In this document: positions 38,349-47,206 of the stretch, in pieces
Numbering within the stretch: position 1 is the first letter of the stretch
How the letters are laid out: every line of letters begins with the position of its first letter
Source of the DNA: an uncultured virus (IMG/VR IMGVR_UViG_3300020578_000012)
Lineage: Duplodnaviria; Heunggongvirae; Uroviricota; Caudoviricetes
IMG/VR virus record: IMGVR_UViG_3300020578_000012
Reading direction: 5' to 3' (one strand)
Length of the DNA stretch: 64,000 nt
The notes under the pieces: model-generated
Seen by the model: the letters and a program-made list of their open reading frames with translations, nothing else
The model's database searches: none
Told to the model about the DNA's origin: nothing
Position numbers and translations under genes: made by a program

Positions 38349-39540
38349 AGAATCTACCAAACTCTCCGAGGGAGAGTTAAATAAATCATTAGAATTACTT
38401 AAAGAGATCTCTAATGACGGAAAAGAAGAACAACTCAGCTGGCTTCTTGATCGAACGGAAAAGTTCTGTCAAGAAAAAGCGATTTACAATGCCATTATGG
38501 ACTCCATTCAAATCTTGGATGGCAAAGATCCTAACAGGGGCAAAGGAAGTATTCCTGCTTTGCTTTCTGATGCTCTGGGCGTTAGTTTCGATCCTCATAT
38601 TGGGCATGACTTTTTGGATTGCTACGCTGATCGCTACGATTTTTATCATCGTATCGAAAAACGAATCCCCTTTGATCTTGAATATTTCAACAAGATTACT
38701 AAAGGAGGACTTCCGCAGAAGACCCTCAATATTGCTCTTGCAGGTACTGGCGTCGGTAAGTCTCTTTTTATGTGTCATGTGGCTGCTAGTTGTCTGTCTC
38801 AAAACTACAATGTTCTTTACATAACTCTTGAAATGGCTGAAGAGAAGATCGCCGAACGTATTGACGCCAATCTTCTCAACGTTTCCCTTGATGATCTCAT
38901 GAACATGCCCAAAGACATGTATGAGAAACGCATGAGTAAACTGAAAGAAAAGGTAAAAGGTAAATTGATTATCAAGGAGTATCCAACTGCCTCAGCCAAT
39001 CCTGCTCACTTCCGTGCATTGATTAATGATCTTGCACTAAAGAAGAACTTTCGTCCAGATATTATCTTTGTGGATTATCTAAATATCTGTGCATCTGCTC
39101 GTATTAAAGCAGGTGCGAATGTGAACAGTTATACTTACATCAAAGCGATTGCTGAAGAACTTCGTGGTTTGGCTGTTGAAAATAATCTTCCGATTGTTTC
39201 TGCAACTCAAACAACTCGATCTGGTTTCAGTAACTCTGATCCAGGTCTTGAGGATACTTCTGAATCATTTGGTCTACCAGCAACGGCTGACTTCATGTTT
39301 GCACTGGTGAGTAATGAGGAACTGCAGAAATTAAATCAAATGCTCGTAAAGCAGTTGAAGAATCGCTACAATGATCCTAATCTTCATAAAAGATTCACGA
39401 TTGGTGTCGATCGAGCAAAAATGAAATTATATGATCTTGAGCAAAAAGCGCAAGATGCAATAATGCAAGAAGCAGAATCAAAACCAGTATTTGATCGTGG
39501 GAAAAAATCGACTGACAAGTTTAAGAATCTAAAGGTCTGA
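38161..39540 (+). CDS. gp41: Replicative DNA helicase
   Basis: AGTGVGKS, ITLEMAEE, IIKEYPT, VDYLN, SATQTTR, KQLKNRY. Confidence 0.97.
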   Translation: MKTENLILSNLIRNEPFMRKTLPFLKSEYLSENHEKRLFEEIKQFILKYNNLPPIAALEINLKESTKLSEGELNKSLELLKEISNDGKEEQLSWLLDRTEKFCQEKAIYNAIMDSIQILDGKDPNRGKGSIPALLSDALGVSFDPHIGHDFLDCYADRYDFYHRIEKRIPFDLEYFNKITKGGLPQKTLNIALAGTGVGKSLFMCHVAASCLSQNYNVLYITLEMAEEKIAERIDANLLNVSLDDLMNMPKDMYEKRMSKLKEKVKGKLIIKEYPTASANPAHFRALINDLALKKNFRPDIIFVDYLNICASARIKAGANVNSYTYIKAIAEELRGLAVENNLPIVSATQTTRSGFSNSDPGLEDTSESFGLPATADFMFALVSNEELQKLNQMLVKQLKNRYNDPNLHKRFTIGVDRAKMKLYDLEQKAQDAIMQEAESKPVFDRGKKSTDKFKNLKV

Positions 39541-40154
39541 TGAAACTTGAAAAAATAGAAAAGAAAGTTTATGCTCTTGCTCAAAATTGGGTAGGAGAAA
39601 AACACATTCCTTCTATTATTCGTAGCCTGAATAAAGCATTCAAACCATATATCGTACGATTTGGCTCTGAAAGATATGATCAAGAATACTACTCAGATCA
39701 TAATGTTATCATAAGCGGTCATTATTGCCATCGAATATCTGATGTGATTCCTGAACACATCTACATAGAACTCTCCTTCCCTCAAGATTCTAAAAAAGCA
39801 ATTATAACAGAAGATGGTGCTAAAAATTTAGCCATAAAAATAATTCGAGCGATACATCATGAGTATCGGCACAAATACCAACAAAGACAGCGCCCATTTT
39901 TACTACAAAAACAATATAAACCAAAGCCAAGGCAAAACAGATTCAAGGTTATGTATTATGGAAATCCAGACGAATTGGATGCTCATGCCTATGAAACTCA
40001 GGCTGAGAAACTAGATATAAATAAGTTACGAAAGGCACATAAGATTGGCTGGAGAGAGTGTGAAGCCATCTTTATGTATCGAATGCACTTTCGGAAACAA
40101 GATCCTAGAGTTTGGAAACGATTTCTTAAGAAGGTTTATAAAAATAATGGCTAA
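39540..40154 (+). CDS. Putative zincin-like protein
   Basis: HHEYRH...PDELDAHA (HExxH plus downstream E). Confidence 0.55.
   Translation: MKLEKIEKKVYALAQNWVGEKHIPSIIRSLNKAFKPYIVRFGSERYDQEYYSDHNVIISGHYCHRISDVIPEHIYIELSFPQDSKKAIITEDGAKNLAIKIIRAIHHEYRHKYQQRQRPFLLQKQYKPKPRQNRFKVMYYGNPDELDAHAYETQAEKLDINKLRKAHKIGWRECEAIFMYRMHFRKQDPRVWKRFLKKVYKNNG
40016..40023 (+). promoter_or_regulatory. T4 late promoter consensus
   Basis: TATAAATA, intragenic, upstream of ATG 40147. Confidence 0.45.
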
Positions 40155-41205
40155 GATTAATGAAGGCGATATTATAGAAGGCATATTTACAATTGCTTTA
40201 TCTCTTTATATTGCATACTCAAAAATCGATAAGAATAAATTAAATACAATCCGAACTAAAGTTGATACTAGCATGTTTTCTAGTGGAAGATTTAAGTATA
40301 CTGTTGCTGAAAAATTAAAAAGGCAAAATAAAAATAAACCACCAGATATTTTTAATGTTATGTTTGAAATGCGCTTAAAGTCAAGAGAATCTGTGCGCGG
40401 TGCCTTTGATAAAGAATTTAAAATTATGTACTCCAAGAGTAGAGATGTTGGCGATATTTCTAAAAAAATTGATCAATTAATAAATTCAATAAATAATTCT
40501 CCATCTTATATCAAAAAAATCGACGCTGCAATTAATTCATTTTTAGATAATAATAAGGGTGAAATTGTAGATTTTGTTATCATAGCAGATGGTGTGGCTG
40601 GTGAATCAAGTGGTGGTGAAGTGAAGGGAGATGTTACTCTTTCGATTTATGCCAGAAAAAAGAATACAGAGAAAAAACTGTTAACGCAAAGTATTCCATT
40701 TTCACTAAAATCTGAAAGTTCAACAGTTGCAAACTTATCACCATATAATGGTATGCTAGATCTTGCAAAAGCATTTAAAATTGACTGGGACGCTGCAAAA
40801 AAATATACTGAACTTACGAAAAAAGCGAAAACAAATACTGAGAAAAGTGCAAGATTCAAACTTATAGAAAGCATGTACAAGGATTTGAAAAATGAAATTA
40901 GCGCAAAATCCAATTCTCCAAATTTTACAAAAAATGCATTAAATTTTTTAAGCAAAAGCATATTTGGATCAGATTATGCTGATGTTATAGATATTAGAAG
41001 TGGTAAAGTAAAAGAGATAACAAAAGAATATTTTGATGCTGCAAGTAAAAATCTTACACTAATAGTTGAAGAAAGAGGTAATAACTTAGTTTTTTTAGAT
41101 AAAAAAACAAATAACCCATTTTTTCAAATCAGAACTAAATTAAGAAAAGAGGCGAATGAAGCCAAATTTTATTTAGAAGTAGGATCAGAAGCATATAATA
41201 AGTAA
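40147..41205 (+). CDS. Hypothetical protein, possibly restriction-endonuclease-like
   Basis: AT-rich and Lys-rich; NEGDIIE, KGDV...FSLKS pattern. Confidence 0.5.
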   Translation: MAKINEGDIIEGIFTIALSLYIAYSKIDKNKLNTIRTKVDTSMFSSGRFKYTVAEKLKRQNKNKPPDIFNVMFEMRLKSRESVRGAFDKEFKIMYSKSRDVGDISKKIDQLINSINNSPSYIKKIDAAINSFLDNNKGEIVDFVIIADGVAGESSGGEVKGDVTLSIYARKKNTEKKLLTQSIPFSLKSESSTVANLSPYNGMLDLAKAFKIDWDAAKKYTELTKKAKTNTEKSARFKLIESMYKDLKNEISAKSNSPNFTKNALNFLSKSIFGSDYADVIDIRSGKVKEITKEYFDAASKNLTLIVEERGNNLVFLDKKTNNPFFQIRTKLRKEANEAKFYLEVGSEAYNK

Positions 41206-41273
41206 TATGTTTATTTCTTTTGAAGATTATTGGAGTGAGTTGGACTGTTCATGTAGTAAATTGAGGTTTTTCT

Positions 41274-42221
41274 ATGACTACATTTGTGACTGGTGGTTTG
41301 GGATTTATTGGCTCTAATTTTGTATTTGCTCATCTAAAGAAGCATCCCGCCGATACAGTTGTCATCATAGACAACTACTCTTACTCAGCTGACGAAAAAA
41401 ATATCTATGGTCTTTTCGAGGACTATAGAGTAGTTATTCGTCGCTGCGATATTCGAAATCTTGTTTTACTTGATCAATTATATCATGACTATGAACCAGA
41501 AATTACGTTTCATTTTGCTGCTGAGTCTCACGTCGATAATTCTATTACTGGCGACGATCATTTCCTCAGCACTAATATTGATGGCACTCACAACATTCTA
41601 AAGTGTATTCGTAAATATAAGGGAAAACTTGTTCATGTCTCTACTGACGAAGTTTATGGATCGCTTTCTTATGATGATTTGCCATTTACTGAGAAAACTC
41701 CATACGATCCTCGCAATCCATACTCTGCCACAAAAGCAGCCAGCGATCATCTTGTTCGCGCCTATGTGAATACTCACGGAATTGATGCAGTTGTGACCAA
41801 CTGCTCAAATAACTACGGTCCGCGACAGCATGCTGAGAAATTTATTCCAACAGTAATTCGCCACATTAAAAACAATACACCAATTCCTGTTTATGGCACT
41901 GGGCAAAATGTTCGCGACTGGTTGTTTGTTGAAGATCATTGTGATGCATTGTTAACAATTGGTGAAAACTTTAAATCGGGTGAGCGTTATAATATTGGTG
42001 GCGGTCATGAGATGAGTAATCTTGATATAGTTACTTTGATCCTTGACGTTATAGGAAAACCAGTTCACATGTATCAGAACTGGATTAATTTTGTAGCCGA
42101 TCGTAAAGGTCATGATTTTAGATACGCAATGAATTCGTCAAAACTTGAACGAGAACTCGGATGGAAAGCAAAGACTAACATCACTGAGGGAATCCGTAAA
42201 ACATTGGAGTGGTACAAATGA
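41274..42221 (+). CDS. rfbB: dTDP-glucose 4,6-dehydratase
   Basis: VTGGLGFIGS, HFAAESHVD, STDEVYG, YSATK, CSNNYGP, RKGHDFRY. Confidence 0.95.
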   Translation: MTTFVTGGLGFIGSNFVFAHLKKHPADTVVIIDNYSYSADEKNIYGLFEDYRVVIRRCDIRNLVLLDQLYHDYEPEITFHFAAESHVDNSITGDDHFLSTNIDGTHNILKCIRKYKGKLVHVSTDEVYGSLSYDDLPFTEKTPYDPRNPYSATKAASDHLVRAYVNTHGIDAVVTNCSNNYGPRQHAEKFIPTVIRHIKNNTPIPVYGTGQNVRDWLFVEDHCDALLTIGENFKSGERYNIGGGHEMSNLDIVTLILDVIGKPVHMYQNWINFVADRKGHDFRYAMNSSKLERELGWKAKTNITEGIRKTLEWYK

Positions 42222-43108
42222 GAAAAGGAATTATACTATCTGGTGGACTAGGAACAAGATTATATCCATGCACTGAGGTCACATCAAAACAGTTATTGCC
42301 TGTTTACGATAAACCTCTCGTTTATTATCCATTATCAACGTTGATGATGGCAGGTATTCGAGATATTTTGATTATTAATTCACCGAATGACGTCGAAGCA
42401 TTTAAACGTCTTTGCGGCGATGGATCTCAATGGGGAATCGAAATTTCTTATGAAGTTCAATTAGAACCAAAAGGAATTGCTGAATGTTTTCGTATTGGTG
42501 AAAAGTGGATTGGCAAAGATGATGTTACACTGATTCTTGGTGATAACATTTTTTATGGAAACGAATTAATTAATCGATTCAATGCAGCAACTTGGAATAA
42601 TTGTGGTTGTACGCTCTTTGCATATCATGTTTCTGATCCAGAGAGATTTGGTGTTATTGAGCAAAATTCAGAGGGTCGTCCAGTTAAAATTGTTGAGAAG
42701 CCTAAAATTGCACCAAGTAATTATGCTGTCACTGGACTTTACTTTTATGACAATAAAGTAATAGACTATGCGTGGCAGATACAACCTTCTGCTCGTGGCG
42801 AGTTAGAAATTACAGATATTAATAATCTATATCTCAAAAACTATGATGTAAAAGTTGAATATCTAAATCGTGGTATCGCATGGATTGATACAGGAACTTT
42901 TGAATCATTATCAGAAGCTTCTGTGTTTGTGGGTTCTGTTCAGCGTAGAACTGGAATGATGATTGCGTGTCCTGAAGAAATTGCATTTAAGAATGCCTGG
43001 ATCACTGAAAATCAAGTTCGTGCTTCTGCAGAAAAATATTCTAAATCTGACTATGGGAAGTATTTGAGTAAAATACTGCAACAAAATGAATATATTAGTC
43101 GTCGGTAG
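42218..43108 (+). CDS. rfbA: Glucose-1-phosphate thymidylyltransferase
   Basis: GIILSGGLGTRLYP, KQLLPVYDKP, LGDNIF, EKP, SARGELEITD. Confidence 0.96.
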   Translation: MRKGIILSGGLGTRLYPCTEVTSKQLLPVYDKPLVYYPLSTLMMAGIRDILIINSPNDVEAFKRLCGDGSQWGIEISYEVQLEPKGIAECFRIGEKWIGKDDVTLILGDNIFYGNELINRFNAATWNNCGCTLFAYHVSDPERFGVIEQNSEGRPVKIVEKPKIAPSNYAVTGLYFYDNKVIDYAWQIQPSARGELEITDINNLYLKNYDVKVEYLNRGIAWIDTGTFESLSEASVFVGSVQRRTGMMIACPEEIAFKNAWITENQVRASAEKYSKSDYGKYLSKILQQNEYISRR

Positions 43109-43868
43109 AGGTTGGGTTGGTCGAAAGATGTTCGACCAACTTGTAATTAATGGGCATGTAGTAACTCTATGTCCACACTATAAAGTAGAAAATTTGCTTC
43201 TTAATTATAGAACATATGACTGGGTAGTGAACTGTGCTGGTGTTACGGGTGTACCAAATGTTGATGCTTGTGAAAAAAATAAAGCAGAAACAATGGAAGC
43301 AAATGCAATATTCCCGTTGCGTCTTTATGAAATTTGTCATGATGCAGGAATTAAATTCGCACACTTCTCAAGTGGGTGCATTTATGAGGGCGAAATCATA
43401 GATGAATATGATGATCCAAACTTCTTTGGCAGCACTTATTCTATTAGCAAGGGTGTTTCAGACATTTTGTTAAAAGATAAGTGTTTAGTTTTTAGAGTTA
43501 GATTGCCATTTGACGGATCTCACAATCAAAAAAATCTGTTACAAAAGTTGTATAATTATGCGAAATCAGGTAAACTAGTTGAAGGTGGATTAAATTCAAT
43601 CACAGACATTGATGAGGCTGTGGAACATGCTGTTGATTTGATTGAACGAGATGCTACTGGTCCATACAATCTTGTCAATTGGGATCCAATTACAACACAT
43701 GAAATTGCTGAATTGATGGAATTAAATTGTGATTGGTGGACTGCTGAAGAGTTTAAAAAGGTAACAGCTGCAAGAAGATCTAACTGTGTTATTCCTGCAT
43801 ATGAAAGAATGTCACCAGTAAAACATGCGCTTTTGAAAAGAATTAATCAATTTAAGGAAACACTATGA
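43086..43868 (+). CDS. NDP-4-keto-6-deoxyglucose reductase, NRS/ER-like (3,5-epimerase/4-reductase)
   Basis: GRGWVG, NCAGVTGVPNVDACE, SSGCIY, YSISK. Confidence 0.75.
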   Translation: MNILVVGRGWVGRKMFDQLVINGHVVTLCPHYKVENLLLNYRTYDWVVNCAGVTGVPNVDACEKNKAETMEANAIFPLRLYEICHDAGIKFAHFSSGCIYEGEIIDEYDDPNFFGSTYSISKGVSDILLKDKCLVFRVRLPFDGSHNQKNLLQKLYNYAKSGKLVEGGLNSITDIDEAVEHAVDLIERDATGPYNLVNWDPITTHEIAELMELNCDWWTAEEFKKVTAARRSNCVIPAYERMSPVKHALLKRINQFKETL

Positions 43869-45163
43869 AGACTGATGTGGAAAAGACGATTGAACGACTT
43901 GTTGAAGAAGTCGGCACGCCGAAGTGGGCATATAATTGTAAGGAATTTAATCCTGAAAAAGACACAGTGTTTTACAGTGGTCCTTTCTTTGATGAAAAAG
44001 AAATCATTGCTGGCGTGACTGCATTTCTCACAGGTAAGTGGCTCGTTTCTGGCGAGAATGTTGGTAAGTTTCAATGGGCATTTGGTCGTAAGTTTAATGT
44101 GAAGCATTGCCATATGGTAAATTCTGGTTCATCAGCCAATCTTACCATGGTTGCTGCGCTCAAGAAACATCTCAAATGGAAAGATGGTGATGAAGTCATC
44201 GTATCACCTGTTGGTTTTCCAACCACGATTGCTCCGCTTGTTCAGAATAATCTCAAACCAGTGTTCGTTGACATTGAAATGAACACATTGAACTTTGATG
44301 TCAATCTCGTCAAGAAAGCATTGACAGATAAAACAGTTGCTGTATTCGTTTCACCAGTGCTTGGTAATCCACCAGATATGGATGAGATTGCGAAGTTCTG
44401 TGCAGATAATGATCTTTATTTGATTGGCGATAACTGCGATTCATTGGGCACTCGTTGGGATGGCAAGTTGCTCACTGACTATTATTATTCTTGGACAACT
44501 TCTTTTTATCCAGCACATCACATCTCAACTGGCGAAGGAGGCATGGTTTGCTCAAATGACGAAGAACTTATTAATACAGCGCGTTCGATTAGTTGGTGGG
44601 GTCGTGATTGTCGTTGCGTGGGTGCTGCTAATCTTTTGGCTTGCGGCACGTGCGGTAATCGATTCGACAAGTGGCTCGAAGGATACAACGGAATCATCGA
44701 TCACAAATACCTATTTACAAACATGGGATACAATCTCAAACCACTAGACATGCAAGGTGCGATTGGTATTGAGCAGTTGAAAAAGATTGATGAGATTGAC
44801 ACGAAGCGTCGATGGAACTTCAATAAAATCGCAAAGATGATTGAGAAATATGTTCCTGGTGTTCGTGTAGCAAATCATCTCGAAAAGGCAGATCCATCTT
44901 GGTTTGGAGTTCCTCTTATTACAGAGACGGCAGAACTAAAGGCAAAATTGCAAGACTTCTTTGAGAAGAATCGTATTCAAACTCGTAATTATTTCGCTGG
45001 CAATATTCTACTACATCCTGGATACAAGCATCTTGGAAATGCAGCAGATTATCCAAATGCTAATCTTGCATTGAGTAATGTGTTCTTTGTTGGGTGTCCA
45101 CCACATTATGGCGATACAGTCTGGGAATATTACGAAAGCGTGTTACAAAAATGGCACTCATAA
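43865..45163 (+). CDS. rfbH: NDP-4-keto-6-deoxyglucose 3-dehydrase (RfbH/DdhC E1-like, DegT fold)
   Basis: NSGSSANL, DNCDSLG, FYPAHHISTGEGG (His at the Lys position), WGRDCRC...TCG. Confidence 0.88.
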   Translation: MKTDVEKTIERLVEEVGTPKWAYNCKEFNPEKDTVFYSGPFFDEKEIIAGVTAFLTGKWLVSGENVGKFQWAFGRKFNVKHCHMVNSGSSANLTMVAALKKHLKWKDGDEVIVSPVGFPTTIAPLVQNNLKPVFVDIEMNTLNFDVNLVKKALTDKTVAVFVSPVLGNPPDMDEIAKFCADNDLYLIGDNCDSLGTRWDGKLLTDYYYSWTTSFYPAHHISTGEGGMVCSNDEELINTARSISWWGRDCRCVGAANLLACGTCGNRFDKWLEGYNGIIDHKYLFTNMGYNLKPLDMQGAIGIEQLKKIDEIDTKRRWNFNKIAKMIEKYVPGVRVANHLEKADPSWFGVPLITETAELKAKLQDFFEKNRIQTRNYFAGNILLHPGYKHLGNAADYPNANLALSNVFFVGCPPHYGDTVWEYYESVLQKWHS

Positions 45164-46035
45164 ATGTCTTCGGAGGAAATGGATTTGTTGGAAGCGAATA
45201 CTGCAAAGTCTCAAAAGATGTTCTCATCAAAAACTACAGAGAAAATGTGGGAGTATTCAGTTCTGACGCTGTATATTTTATTAGCACTGTCGACAATTAT
45301 AATGTCCATGTCAATAGTCAGTTGGATATACACACTAACCTCGTTGTTTTAATGAATGTTCTCGATAACTATCGAGACTATATAAAATCGTTCAAGAAAG
45401 ATGGGGTGTTTAACTTTATCAGTTCTTGGTTTGTTTATGGACAGGACTGTGGTTTCGGAGCAGATTCAAGAGGAATTCCTGAAACTGATCCATGTGATCC
45501 AAAAGGATTCTATTCTATCACAAAGAGATGCGCCGAACAATTGCTCATGTCATACTGCGAGACGTTCGGACTCAAATATCGTATATTGAGGTTGGCAAAT
45601 GTATTGGGTCCGAAAGATAAAAAGGTTTCTGCGAAGAAAAATGCGGTCCAATATCTATTGGGCGAGCTCGCTGCGAACCGACCCGTCGATCTCTACGACT
45701 CTGGTTATTTTTATCGTGATTATATTGATGTTAGGGATTGCGCTAGAGCAATCGATATGGTTGTCAGCAAAGGAGAAGTCAACTCCATCTACAATATCGG
45801 AAACGGAAAGGGAATAGTTTTTCGTGATATTATTCGTTATGCTCGGGATGCAATGGACTCTGGATCTGACATTCGTACCATTGAGCAAAAAGATTTCCAC
45901 AAAACAGTTCAATCTTCCCGATCATTTTTTATGGATAATACCAAGCTGAAAGAGCTTGGATACAGACCGAATTATACCATTCAAGAGACAATTGATACCA
46001 TTATTTATGAATTATTAACTAAACAAAATAACTAA
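45151..46035 (+). CDS. NAD-dependent sugar epimerase/reductase (extended SDR)
   Basis: GGNGFVG, SSWFVYG, YSITK, RDYIDV. Confidence 0.85.
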   Translation: MALINVFGGNGFVGSEYCKVSKDVLIKNYRENVGVFSSDAVYFISTVDNYNVHVNSQLDIHTNLVVLMNVLDNYRDYIKSFKKDGVFNFISSWFVYGQDCGFGADSRGIPETDPCDPKGFYSITKRCAEQLLMSYCETFGLKYRILRLANVLGPKDKKVSAKKNAVQYLLGELAANRPVDLYDSGYFYRDYIDVRDCARAIDMVVSKGEVNSIYNIGNGKGIVFRDIIRYARDAMDSGSDIRTIEQKDFHKTVQSSRSFFMDNTKLKELGYRPNYTIQETIDTIIYELLTKQNN

Positions 46036-46038
46036 ATA
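46031..46038 (+). promoter_or_regulatory. T4-like late promoter element
   Basis: ACTAAATA at the start of the probable late gene block. Confidence 0.6.
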
Positions 46039-46066
46039 TCATAGTAATCCCGCAGTGTGGAAAACT

Positions 46067-47206
46067 ATGCAACGATTTAAGTTTTTTGTTGAATCATTTT
46101 TAATTGAAGCCAAACAACCTGTTGGCATTCAACATATAGAACATCCCTCAGACCGTAGTTTTGACGGTCATCAAGCTGCTCGTTATGCACTCACAACTCT
46201 TCGCGGAATTGCGATGGGTCGCACTCCTTTCACAAAAAAAATTGACGATAGAATGTCATTTTTGATCAAAAAAGACCAAGAAGGAAGAGTCGCAGTCAAG
46301 TACAAAGGCGCTGGGTCAGACTATAACTACTCTAATGACGATATTGAACGTCAACATGGCGCTAAACCATACCTAATGCAGCCTCTAAAAGCGCTTTTAG
46401 CCCATGGTCATAAGGTTTTACCTAACAGACAAGGCGAATATCAGGGTGGATTTATGTCTACACCCGAAAGTAGGGCTGAAAAGAGTGGTAGAATCGGTCA
46501 TACACCGAACACAATCAGTTATTCAGTGAGAAAAGACTCGCCAGAAGGTAAAAAACTCGCTGGATCAAAGGTCAGTATGACTATTCATACTGAATTAAAG
46601 GGTTCTAATCGAAAAGCAACTCCTATTGAGTCGCAATCAGAGTTCGGAAGTCATCCTGACGTGCATCTTGTCGATCATACGGTGTCTGCCGAAGAAAGAA
46701 AGATACCTGCAAGTGCTAAAAAGTCTGCTTTGACTCACATATCAGCCGCAGAAAAGTTAATGAAGGATCATAACTATGGGCATTTGTCTGGTCATGAAAC
46801 GCATATGAGAACTTACGTCAATTCAACCGTCGATTCTGGTGAAAAACCAAATACAGAAGGCTACAAAGCCCATCTTCAAAAACGTTGGCAAAAAGAAATC
46901 GATAAAGTAAAGACCGAAAAAGCCAAAAATGCAAAAACAGCACAACGTGATGCTGATTTGACGCATGTAGACAAAAATAAAACGGCATTTGATCGCTCTT
47001 TTCAAATTCATCATCATATGCAACAAGCAACTAACGCTTTGGCAGATAATTTAAATAGAACTGCCCATGGTGGCGTTCGCACTGAAATTGGCGGTAAAGA
47101 ATCAGGTGGCGAAGGTTTCGTTGCCAAGGGTTTAAAGATTGTAAATAGAAAAGAATTTAGTAAAGAAAATCGCGCAAGAACTGCACTCTTGAGAGCAAAG
47201 AAATGA
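46067..47206 (+). CDS. Conserved T4-like protein (DUF6267-like)
   Basis: HIEHP, PNTISY, GEGFV, KIVNRKEFSKEN; precedes the cytidyltransferase gene. Confidence 0.65.
   Translation: MQRFKFFVESFLIEAKQPVGIQHIEHPSDRSFDGHQAARYALTTLRGIAMGRTPFTKKIDDRMSFLIKKDQEGRVAVKYKGAGSDYNYSNDDIERQHGAKPYLMQPLKALLAHGHKVLPNRQGEYQGGFMSTPESRAEKSGRIGHTPNTISYSVRKDSPEGKKLAGSKVSMTIHTELKGSNRKATPIESQSEFGSHPDVHLVDHTVSAEERKIPASAKKSALTHISAAEKLMKDHNYGHLSGHETHMRTYVNSTVDSGEKPNTEGYKAHLQKRWQKEIDKVKTEKAKNAKTAQRDADLTHVDKNKTAFDRSFQIHHHMQQATNALADNLNRTAHGGVRTEIGGKESGGEGFVAKGLKIVNRKEFSKENRARTALLRAKK

Noticed and set aside
30677..39540. Introns or inteins in gp43, uvsX or gp41
   Set aside because: The ORFs are continuous, of normal length, and show no intein motifs
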